The notes under the pieces are model-generated. The model was given only the letters and a program-made list of their open reading frames with translations, made no database searches and was not told where the DNA came from. Made by a program: the position numbers and the translations under genes. From the IMG/VR virus record IMGVR_UViG_3300032327_000792: a DNA stretch of 64,000 nucleotides. One strand, given 5' to 3'. Positions 55,665-64,000 of the stretch are shown piece by piece (within the stretch, counting starts at the first letter, position 1; the number at the start of each line of letters is the position of its first letter). Source of the DNA: a virus. Lineage: Duplodnaviria > Caudoviricetes.

Positions 55665-57311
55665 ATGGCAGAAAATACACAACGCAGTAGAGGACGTCCC
55701 GGAAATTATAAATTTGATCGCGGCGGCGCACCTGCGGAGATGGGTCCATATGTGGGCATTGTGACCAACAACGTTGATGTTGTGAGAGCTGGCCGTCTAC
55801 AGGTATACATTGAGGAATTTGGTGCTACCAATTCCGACGGCAGTCCCAATTTAACTGATCCAACGCTGTGGCGAACTGTGAGTTATTGTCCGCCCTTTTA
55901 TGGAGCAACACCAATCAATGTAGGCAGTACCAGCGCCGGTGTAGGAACATATCCTGGTAACAGAAACAGTTATGGCATGTGGTTTACTCCACCAGATCTG
56001 GGGGTACGTGTTGTTTGTTTTTTCATCGGCGGTGATCCCAGTCAAGGAATATATGTAGGTTGTCTTCCGGAAACAGGCATCAATCACATGATTCCGGCCA
56101 TTGGATCCAGTAACAAATATGTTGCCGGAAACAAAACACAGCAAAATTATTTTGTTAATACACCATTGTTGCCAGTGACAGAGATCAACCAACTCAATGA
56201 AGCAATCAACGAAAATCCTAGATTTTACGATCAGCCAAAACCTGTGCAAAGTGTAGTGGCTGGCATATTATTTCAACAAGGATTGAACAACGATCCCATA
56301 CGCGGACCAATACGATCAAACAGTCAACGAGAATCTCCAAGCACAGTTTACGGAATATCAACACCGGGCAAAGCAATTTACCAAGGCGGTCTTGATCCTA
56401 AAACCATTCGTGCAAAATTAGAAAAAGGCGAAGTAACACCTCAGGAGATAGCAGTAATTGGACGCATGGGCGGCCACACTTTTGTCATGGATGATGGCGA
56501 CCTCAGTGGCACAGATACTCTGGTACGAATACGCACGGCTAAAGGTCATCAAATCACCATGAGTGATGACGGAGATTGTTTTTACATCACTCATGCCAAT
56601 GGTCAAACCTGGATGGAGTTTGGCAAACAGGGCACTGTGGATGTTTTCAGCACCAATTCAATTAACTTACGTACAAAGGGCACACTGAATTTGCACGCTG
56701 ACAAAAATATCAATATGTACGCGGGCGGCACAATAAAAATCAAAGCTCAAGAAAAAATGTTTTTAGAAAGTGGTAAAACCATGGTTGTGAGTTCCTTGGA
56801 CAAACTGGTGTTGTCTAGTACAAAGTTTTTGGGCATACGCTCAGACGGCACACTGGGAATCAAAAGCAAAATGGGTGGCTGGGAGGCCACTTCGGCATTG
56901 AATTTCAAAGCTAAAGTAATCAATTTAAATGGAGCGCCGACTCCGCCTGTGCCAGAAATTCCACCACTGCCAAACTACAAACTATCAGACACAAAATTTG
57001 ATTCAACCACAGGCTGGACAGTGACTCCAGGAACTTTAGAAACCATTGTAACTAGAGCACCTACTCACGAACCCTATCCATATCACAGCAAAGGTGTCAA
57101 CAACAAAACGGATTTGAATTCAACACCGACCGTTCAAGATCCAACACCATCTTCTACTGTGGCAACAACAAATACCACACAATCTAATTTACAGACCCGG
57201 GCAGCAAATGCAGCAGCCACTGTGTTAAGAGCACCACTGGAGGACCCAATTGATGCCGAAGATTATATTTCAGAACCGCCGGCAGACATAGGAATTGGAG
57301 AAGATCAATGA
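55665..57311 (+). CDS. gp5: Baseplate central spike (gp5/VgrG-like, no lysozyme domain evident)
   Basis: OB-fold GRLQVYI / YGMWFTPPD.G..V; GH.FVMDDG and RIRTAKGHQI.MSD motifs; beta-repeat region. Confidence 0.75.
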   Translation: MAENTQRSRGRPGNYKFDRGGAPAEMGPYVGIVTNNVDVVRAGRLQVYIEEFGATNSDGSPNLTDPTLWRTVSYCPPFYGATPINVGSTSAGVGTYPGNRNSYGMWFTPPDLGVRVVCFFIGGDPSQGIYVGCLPETGINHMIPAIGSSNKYVAGNKTQQNYFVNTPLLPVTEINQLNEAINENPRFYDQPKPVQSVVAGILFQQGLNNDPIRGPIRSNSQRESPSTVYGISTPGKAIYQGGLDPKTIRAKLEKGEVTPQEIAVIGRMGGHTFVMDDGDLSGTDTLVRIRTAKGHQITMSDDGDCFYITHANGQTWMEFGKQGTVDVFSTNSINLRTKGTLNLHADKNINMYAGGTIKIKAQEKMFLESGKTMVVSSLDKLVLSSTKFLGIRSDGTLGIKSKMGGWEATSALNFKAKVINLNGAPTPPVPEIPPLPNYKLSDTKFDSTTGWTVTPGTLETIVTRAPTHEPYPYHSKGVNNKTDLNSTPTVQDPTPSSTVATTNTTQSNLQTRAANAAATVLRAPLEDPIDAEDYISEPPADIGIGEDQ

Positions 57312-58084
57312 TTTCATCTGAACAAGTAACTGCGTTGACTGCACAAGCAGCCAATGCTGCCTATGTAAATCCCTATGACAATGACGGAAATTTATTGGTT
57401 GATTGGCAATTAAATGACAGTGGCAATCCTGTGTATCTTGGAACTGAGATATCGACTCGAGGAGTTGGTGTCTATGGACAAACACCGGCTGGATTAACAC
57501 TCACTGGATATCTCAAACCCGGAACCATAAATTTGATTACCGAACCATCACTGACACTGGCAGTGTTAAACACCCCAGCAGTATGGACTGGACAAAACGG
57601 TATCACTAGCTTGCTTGATTATCTCAATGAGCCAATACTTCAAAATCTTGCACAGATTGATATAATGACCGGAGCCTTTCAGGGGTTGATTGATGCTGGT
57701 ATTTTGACAGGTAGAGAATCAGCAAAATTTCAAGCAACTTTTGTGCAACCGGCCGCCAGATATGGAGTAACTGCGGTAGTGAGCTGGGTAAATGATACTG
57801 CCAGTACTGATCTTGTAAACAATATCTTAATAATAGCACGACAGGCACAGTACGCTATAGATTTTGTGGACACTTATTCAGCATTGCTAAATGTTGGAAT
57901 AGGTATTTCAGGATTTGAAAACACAGTGGATCGTCAAGATCTTGACCAAGCAGTGACAGATATCATTGGTAACCCTAAAGTTCCTTCAATTGACTATGCT
58001 GATGCAAACACAATTGCTGCCGTACCCCCAATCGCCGATGAAGACGGTGTATTCCGTTTTGCTCCAGGTAAACCAAAGGATTAA
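57308..58084 (+). CDS. Hypothetical baseplate-associated protein
   Basis: 258 aa, overlaps the gp5 stop (ATGA). Confidence 0.7.
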   Translation: MISSEQVTALTAQAANAAYVNPYDNDGNLLVDWQLNDSGNPVYLGTEISTRGVGVYGQTPAGLTLTGYLKPGTINLITEPSLTLAVLNTPAVWTGQNGITSLLDYLNEPILQNLAQIDIMTGAFQGLIDAGILTGRESAKFQATFVQPAARYGVTAVVSWVNDTASTDLVNNILIIARQAQYAIDFVDTYSALLNVGIGISGFENTVDRQDLDQAVTDIIGNPKVPSIDYADANTIAAVPPIADEDGVFRFAPGKPKD

Positions 58085-58094
58085 ATACTAGACT

Positions 58095-58469
58095 ATGGCC
58101 ACATTCATTGGATTCAACACACAAGATCAGTTTAAAAAATTTACCCTGGTGGATGATGCACTGATCAAGCGCGACTTGCTAAATGCACTAAACATACGTC
58201 AAGGGCAACTGGTGGGACGCCCTGGGTATGGCACAGCACTTTGGGACAATTTGTTTGAAAATCAAACCAACGAAACCGAAGCAGCAATCACTAGAGAAAT
58301 ACAACGTGTTGCAGGTGGAGATCCTCGGTTGCAAATCTCCAGTGTGGACATATTTCCCCAGGAAAACGGCATGCTAATACAGTTGGAATTAACCATTGTG
58401 CCCAGCACCGATGCTGAACGTTTGAGCATATTTTTTGATCAACAAACACGCCAAGCCAGTTATATTTGA
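58095..58469 (+). CDS. gp25: Baseplate wedge protein
   Basis: LIKRDLLN.LNIRQG, GYGT.LW..LFE and DPR motifs. Confidence 0.9.
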   Translation: MATFIGFNTQDQFKKFTLVDDALIKRDLLNALNIRQGQLVGRPGYGTALWDNLFENQTNETEAAITREIQRVAGGDPRLQISSVDIFPQENGMLIQLELTIVPSTDAERLSIFFDQQTRQASYI

Positions 58470-58497
58470 CATCTTAAACTGAGCCGTTTTTCACTGC

Positions 58498-58505
58498 CAT
58501 AAATA
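58498..58505 (+). promoter_or_regulatory. Late promoter CATAAATA (gp6); related boxes at 42599, 49749 and 58081
   Basis: 7 nt from ATG 58513. Confidence 0.75.
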
Positions 58506-58512
58506 TAAGACC

Positions 58513-61500
58513 ATGGCAAAGACTACTAGACAGACAGCAATATTTGGCGTTGAAGATTGGAAAAGAATCTATCAAACCTATCGTGAAGCAGACTTCCAAA
58601 GCTACGATTTTGAAACTCTACGCAAGAGTTTTGTAGACTACTTACGTCTTTACTACCCCGAAACATTCAATGACTACATTGAATCATCAGAATTTATTGC
58701 CATGCTTGACGTTATGGCTTTTATGGGCCAAAGTTTGGCCTTCCGTACAGATTTAAACACACGTGAAAACTACATTGACACAGCTGAACGTAGAGATTCG
58801 GTAGTACGTCTTGCCAATCTAGTAAGCTATACTCCAAAGCGCAATATTTGCTCATCAGGATACTTAAAAATATTCAGTGTACAAACCACAGAAAATGTCA
58901 CAGATTTCAACGGTATTGATTTGGCCAATGTAACCATAAACTGGGCAGATCCTACAAATTTTAATTGGCAAGAACAGTTCACTGCAATTATCAATGCTAG
59001 TTTGGTTGATAGTCAACGTATTGGTCGTCCTGGCAATCGTACTACTATTTTAGGAGTAGATACCAACGAGTACAGTATCAATCTTGTTCCTGGATTCCTA
59101 CCAGTAATACCTTATAACTCTACCATTGATGGTATCAACATGCCATTCGAAGCTGTAAATGCCAGCACCATTGGTCGAGACTATGTGTACGAACCAAGTC
59201 CACGACCCAACGGCATATTCAACATGCTGTTCCGCAACGATCAGTTGGGATTTAACTCGGCCAACACAGGTTACTTCTTTTTGTTCAAGCAAGGGGTGTT
59301 GCAAAATCAAGATTTTAATTTGGCTGACCGTGTGAGTAACCGAGCAGTGAACATCAATATTGAAGGCGTCAATAACGATGACCGTTGGTTGTATCAACTT
59401 GATAATGTGGGCTCAATTGCCAGCGAGTGGAATTTTGTTGAAAGTGTATACGGCGCGGCCGCTGAGCAGACTGCTCCAAATTTACGCAAACTTTTTTCTG
59501 TGTCATCTCGCACCAACGATCAAATTACATTGAACTTTGGCGATGGTGTGTTTTCTGAAATTCCAGTGGGACAGTTTCGTGCATATGTGCGTGCATCCAA
59601 CGGGTTGGAATACATTATCAACCCAGAAGAAATGCAATCAGTGGTATTGCCAATTAGCTATGTAAGTCGAACAGGACAACTCGAAACAATTACATTTACC
59701 TGTGGAATTTCTACACCTGTGTCAAACGCCACGGCGCGAGAAAGCATTGACGAAATCAAACAACGTGCTCCTGCCAGATATTACACACAAAATCGTATGG
59801 TCAACGGGGAAGATTACAATAACTTCCCCTTCACAGCCTACAATTCAATTTTAAAATCCAAAGCATTGAATCGTGCCTCAATTGGCACCAGTCGTTACCT
59901 TGAATTGGTTGACAACACTGGCAAGTACGCCAGCACAAATGTGTTTGGCAGTGACGGTGCGCTGTATGAATCTTTTAACTTGCCTAGTTTTCAGTTTAGC
60001 TTCTTGACCAACAATGAAATTTCCAGTGTAATTACCAACCGGGTTCAACCCTTGCTGACACAAAGTCAAAGCATACAATTTTATTATTCTAAATTTCCTC
60101 GTCCTTCATTGATACCGTTGAATGTGGGATGGAATCTAAGTACCAGTTTGGCCAATTCAACCACAGGTTACTTTACCAATGCTACCGATGCCGCAGTACC
60201 AATTGGTCCATACACCAGCGATAACAAAAAGTATATTGTGATTGGAAGTTTAGTCAAATTTGTTCCACCTGCCGGATATTATTTTGATTCCAACAATAGA
60301 CTTAAAGCAGGCACTCCTACCCGAGCTGACGAGAAGTTGGTTCTATGGGCAAGCCCAATTGCAGTGGTATTAGATGGTACCAACAACGGACTAGGCAATT
60401 TACCCGATGGGTCTGGACCAGTGGCATTAAACAACTACATACCAACAGGTGCTGTGGCCACAGAAGTAATTCCAATTTTTGTTACAGATTTACCAACCAC
60501 ATTTGAGCAGAGTATGGCTGAACAGATTCGATTGAATCGTGACTTTGGTATAGGTTATGACAGTATTGGGAGTATTACAGGCACTGCTGGAACATGGTAC
60601 TTGATTACCAGTACTAACTTGGCAATCAATGCATCATGGAGTCAGACTTTTGCAGGCAGTACAGCCGGTACAAATCTTGATGCTAGCTGGTTTGTGCAAT
60701 TTGTCACTGATGGTAGCACATACACAGTGAGTTCTCGAGCCCTGGATTATTATTTTGGTAGTGTGTTACAAACTAGATTCTTCTACTACGGGGATCAACT
60801 GATCTACGACAGTCGTACAGGCACTGTGATCAGCGACTTCGTCAATGTGTTAAAAACAAATTCAAGACCAGATTCAGCATTACCGCTGTCTGGTGACACA
60901 CGCCTTAAAATTGTTGGTCAGCCAGTACAAAGCGATGGATTTGTAGACGACTTTCAAGTGTTGGTATCGTTTAGCGATGCTGACAGCGACGGTATTCCTG
61001 ACAATCCAGATTTCTTTGATGAAATTGTGGCACCAACTGCAACTGTTACTTCTACATCGCCTTGGGTGTTTTTACAAAAAACCGTGGACTTTGACAATCT
61101 TGAAAGATATCTTTTGGTCGAACAAGGCATTGTAAATTCTGAATATGCAACACTAGATGATATTGAATTGGTCAAAACAGAATATGTTGACGGTCAAGTC
61201 TTTTATGCGTACTCCAGTGAAATATTCTATACCCTGGTTATTGACACAACTACTTTTGTAAGAACGTTGGTAGTAAACAATGAATTTATTGCTAGAACTG
61301 GCCGACAAGATCTGTATTTTCAATACAGACACAACAGTCCATTGACCAGTCGTATTGATCCTGGCACAACCAACATCATTGATCTCTATGTAGTGACCAA
61401 CGAGTACTATGTTGCTTATCAGAATTATATTCGAGACGTTACTGGAACAGTTCCAGAACCAACACCTCCGACCATTGATAGTTTAACAACAACCTATGGT

Positions 61501-61944
61501 GGCCTACAAGATTACAAAATGATTTCTGACAGTGTAATTTTAAATTCGGTTGAGTTCAAACCTTTGTTTGGAGAAAAGGCCACAGAAGAATTGCGAGCAA
61601 CAATCAAAGTAATCAAAGCAGCAAACAGCACTGCCAGCGTGAGTGAAATCAAAAATCTCATAGTGCAAAACTTAAACAATTACTTTACACTGGACAAATG
61701 GGATTTTGGCGACACGTTCTACTTCTCAGAATTAGCAGCTTATCTCCATGCCGAAATGAGAGGCATAATTAGTAGTGTGGTCCTAGTTCCTTTGAACCCC
61801 CAAAAGAGTTTTGGCGACCTATATGAAATTAGGTCAACACCAAGTCAGATATTTGTAAATGCCGCCAATGTCAACAACATTGAGGTTATTGAAGCCTTGA
61901 CCAGCACCAACATTAGGACAGCACCAGGAAGTGGAGTAATTTAA
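58513..61944 (+). CDS. gp6: Baseplate wedge protein (large)
   Basis: DF..YDFE.LR.S...YL, EFIA.LD..A, EN..DTA.RR.SV..LA....Y.PKR, ES.DEIK..AP..Y..Q.R.V..EDY motifs. Confidence 0.9.
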   Translation: MAKTTRQTAIFGVEDWKRIYQTYREADFQSYDFETLRKSFVDYLRLYYPETFNDYIESSEFIAMLDVMAFMGQSLAFRTDLNTRENYIDTAERRDSVVRLANLVSYTPKRNICSSGYLKIFSVQTTENVTDFNGIDLANVTINWADPTNFNWQEQFTAIINASLVDSQRIGRPGNRTTILGVDTNEYSINLVPGFLPVIPYNSTIDGINMPFEAVNASTIGRDYVYEPSPRPNGIFNMLFRNDQLGFNSANTGYFFLFKQGVLQNQDFNLADRVSNRAVNINIEGVNNDDRWLYQLDNVGSIASEWNFVESVYGAAAEQTAPNLRKLFSVSSRTNDQITLNFGDGVFSEIPVGQFRAYVRASNGLEYIINPEEMQSVVLPISYVSRTGQLETITFTCGISTPVSNATARESIDEIKQRAPARYYTQNRMVNGEDYNNFPFTAYNSILKSKALNRASIGTSRYLELVDNTGKYASTNVFGSDGALYESFNLPSFQFSFLTNNEISSVITNRVQPLLTQSQSIQFYYSKFPRPSLIPLNVGWNLSTSLANSTTGYFTNATDAAVPIGPYTSDNKKYIVIGSLVKFVPPAGYYFDSNNRLKAGTPTRADEKLVLWASPIAVVLDGTNNGLGNLPDGSGPVALNNYIPTGAVATEVIPIFVTDLPTTFEQSMAEQIRLNRDFGIGYDSIGSITGTAGTWYLITSTNLAINASWSQTFAGSTAGTNLDASWFVQFVTDGSTYTVSSRALDYYFGSVLQTRFFYYGDQLIYDSRTGTVISDFVNVLKTNSRPDSALPLSGDTRLKIVGQPVQSDGFVDDFQVLVSFSDADSDGIPDNPDFFDEIVAPTATVTSTSPWVFLQKTVDFDNLERYLLVEQGIVNSEYATLDDIELVKTEYVDGQVFYAYSSEIFYTLVIDTTTFVRTLVVNNEFIARTGRQDLYFQYRHNSPLTSRIDPGTTNIIDLYVVTNEYYVAYQNYIRDVTGTVPEPTPPTIDSLTTTYGGLQDYKMISDSVILNSVEFKPLFGEKATEELRATIKVIKAANSTASVSEIKNLIVQNLNNYFTLDKWDFGDTFYFSELAAYLHAEMRGIISSVVLVPLNPQKSFGDLYEIRSTPSQIFVNAANVNNIEVIEALTSTNIRTAPGSGVI

Positions 61945-61945
61945 T

Positions 61946-64000
61946 ATGGCAAGAGTTCGAACCGTAGATTTTTTACCAGAGATTTTTCAAACCTCTACCA
62001 ATCGACAGTTTCTTGGCGCCACACTTGATCAATTGGTACAAGAACCTAAGTTCAAAAGCATTCAGGGATTTGTGGGACGTAAAGTTGGCCCAGGTATAAA
62101 TTCTCAAGAAAACTATATCGCAGAACCAACAGCAGTTCGCGCCAACTATCAGCTAGAACCTGGTGTGGTTTTTTTAAGTGAAGATCGACAAACAGTTGAA
62201 GATGCCGTCACCTATCCTGGTATAACAGATGCTCTAACGGTTCAAGGTGCTATCACCAATAATGCAGATAGATTATACACCAGTGACTATTATACCTGGG
62301 ACCCATTTGTTGATTTTGACAAATTTGTAAACTTCAATCAATACTATTGGTTACCAGCTGGTCCTGATTCGGTTGACGTATTTGCTGAAGCTGTGGCAAC
62401 CACTGATGATTTTGATGTGACTCGCGCCAATGGTGTTTATACATTCAGTGGAGTGGCCGGAGAGAATCCTGTGTTAACTCTAGTACGCGGCGGCAACTAC
62501 ACATTTAATGTAGCACAGAATGCCAAGGAAACTGTTAATTTTCGTGTGACCAATCAAGGTACCAGTGCCTATGTAATTGATTATCAAAACAACCCAATAC
62601 TGACATTGACTCGTGGAAATACCTATGTGTTCAACATGATTCTCAATAGAGATTTGCCAATGTATATCAAAACTGAGCCAACATTGGGCACAACCAATCA
62701 ATACAACACTGGCGTCACAAACAACGGCATCAGCGAAGGACTTATAACTTTTGTAGTGCCACAAGATGCACCCAACACGTTGTATTATGTAAATCCTACA
62801 CAACCAAACATGCAGGGTCAAATCAACATTGTTGATGGAACCTCGGGCACTGGCCCAGGATTTTGGATACAAACCGTTCCTGGTATCAACGGTCGTATTC
62901 CTTCAACTCCAAACATCAGTTCAAGAAATGTACTGGGCGTTATCAACAATGGTGAAGACCTAGGTACAGTCTCTTTTAATGTACCATTGTCCACAGCACA
63001 AAATTTTTATTATACACTAGACACCATTGGTAGTATACCAGGCAAGTCACCCGGCACTGTTGATTTAATTGTGTCGGATCTCAAGTTCAATGAAATCAAC
63101 AATCAATACGTGGAGCCATTTTTGAAAAGAACCGGCGGTATTGACGGGTCAACCTCACTGAATGGCAAAACCATTGTTTTCTTAAATGAAATTACCGATG
63201 CACAAGATGGCGGCTGGCAAGTTACTACACAATTTGATCCTTTGCCTAATGCTGGCAACGTTGAAAGCGGTGCAGGATCATATGATACCACGCTGTTTGA
63301 TCAAACAACTGATGTACCAACGGCCCAACGTTATAGTGTTTGGCAGATACAATATGTAACCACCAACGACGGATCACAATATATCAAGTTAGTTGATGTA
63401 CTGTCAGTATCCAATCTGGAAAAATTCACAATCACCAACGGAACACAATATTCCAGCACTCAGTGGTACAAAGATGCTGAAGGATATTTTCAACAAATTC
63501 CTTTGTTGACTGCGGTACTTGATACACTGTACTATCAAGATGGCACAGATCCTGGTATCTTTGGTCGAATCAAGCTAATCAATCAAGATCAAGTTGATAC
63601 ACTAGATATCACGGATATTATTGACAAGCAGAACTACACTAGCCCCAATGGTGTGGTATTTACAAATGGGTTAAAAGTACAGTTCAATGGATCAGTAAAT
63701 CCCAGCAGTTATCAAAATCAGGAATATTATGTTGAAGGCGTGGGAACGGCAATTAAATTGTTGCCTGTTGCTAATTTTGTAACTCCAGAAACATACACAC
63801 AAAGTGCCACGGTTCCTTACGACAGTACCGGATATGACATAGGTAACTATGATGCCAGTTTGAATCAGCCGTTGATTCCGGATTACCTCACAATAAATCG
63901 TGCCAGCCAAGATCTCAATGCATGGACACGCAGCAATCGTTGGTTCCACATTGATGTGATTAATGCCACTGCTGAATACAACAACACCGTTGCAACATTG
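61946..64000 (+). CDS. N-terminal part of a very large baseplate/virion protein (runs off window; not in ORF track)
   Basis: ATG at 61946 reads MARVRTVDFLPEIFQTSTNRQFLGATLDQLVQEPK...; later TLTRGNTYVF...NNG...ITF.VPQDAP.TLYY beta module. I verified the frame at the start and at that module, not codon by codon. Confidence 0.85.
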   Translation, partial: MARVRTVDFLPEIFQTSTNRQFLGATLDQLVQEPKFKSIQGFVGRKVGPGINSQENYIAEPTAVRANYQLEPGVVFLSEDRQTVEDAVTYPGITDALTVQGAITNNADRLYTSDYYTWDPFVDFDKFVNFNQYYWLPAGPDSVDVFAEAVATTDDFDVTRANGVYTFSGVAGENPVLTLVRGGNYTFNVAQNAKETVNFRVTNQGTSAYVIDYQNNPILTLTRGNTYVFNMILNRDLPMYIKTEPTLGTTNQYNTGVTNNGISEGLITFVVPQDAPNTLYYVNPTQPNMQGQINIVDGTSGTGPGFWIQTVPGINGRIPSTPNISSRNVLGVINNGEDLGTVSFNVPLSTAQNFYYTLDTIGSIPGKSPGTVDLIVSDLKFNEINNQYVEPFLKRTGGIDGSTSLNGKTIVFLNEITDAQDGGWQVTTQFDPLPNAGNVESGAGSYDTTLFDQTTDVPTAQRYSVWQIQYVTTNDGSQYIKLVDVLSVSNLEKFTITNGTQYSSTQWYKDAEGYFQQIPLLTAVLDTLYYQDGTDPGIFGRIKLINQDQVDTLDITDIIDKQNYTSPNGVVFTNGLKVQFNGSVNPSSYQNQEYYVEGVGTAIKLLPVANFVTPETYTQSATVPYDSTGYDIGNYDASLNQPLIPDYLTINRASQDLNAWTRSNRWFHIDVINATAEYNNTVATL

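Noticed and set aside
1-64000. Stop-codon reassignment as seen in some jumbo phages
   Set aside because: Conserved genes are intact under the standard code, and TAA, TAG and TGA all terminate genes. Readthrough of the TAG at 42357 hits a stop and does not join the next ORF.

Overview
A 64-kb segment of a T4-like (contractile-tailed) jumbo phage genome, mostly the virion morphogenesis region. It has no bacterial housekeeping genes, uses the standard genetic code and is densely coding. Head genes: portal gp20, protease gp21, scaffold gp22, major capsid gp23, gp4 and a probable small terminase. Neck and tail genes: gp13, gp14, gp15, sheath gp18, tube gp19 and a tape-measure-like protein with a Zn-peptidase domain. 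There is a modular tail-fibre cluster, a baseplate cluster (gp26/gp51-, gp53-, gp5-, gp25- and gp6-like) and the gp55-gp47-gp46 operon. Accessory genes: dNMP kinase, DEDDh exonuclease, SGNH hydrolase, Nudix, cupin, three glycosyltransferase-like genes, two radical SAM paralogs and four HNH/GIY-YIG genes. All product calls come from motif recognition by eye; no database search was run. Most notable observations: (1) a 441-nt structured non-coding element directly downstream of a minimal GIY-YIG nuclease gene; (2) a canonical -1 slippery site that would fuse the gp26-like and gp51-like ORFs, as in lambda G/GT; (3) a head-internal protein built as a polyprotein punctuated by gp21-type cleavage sites; (4) about 15 genes whose promoter sits 4-7 nt from the ATG, implying leaderless mRNAs; (5) a possible virion-glycosylation gene set.
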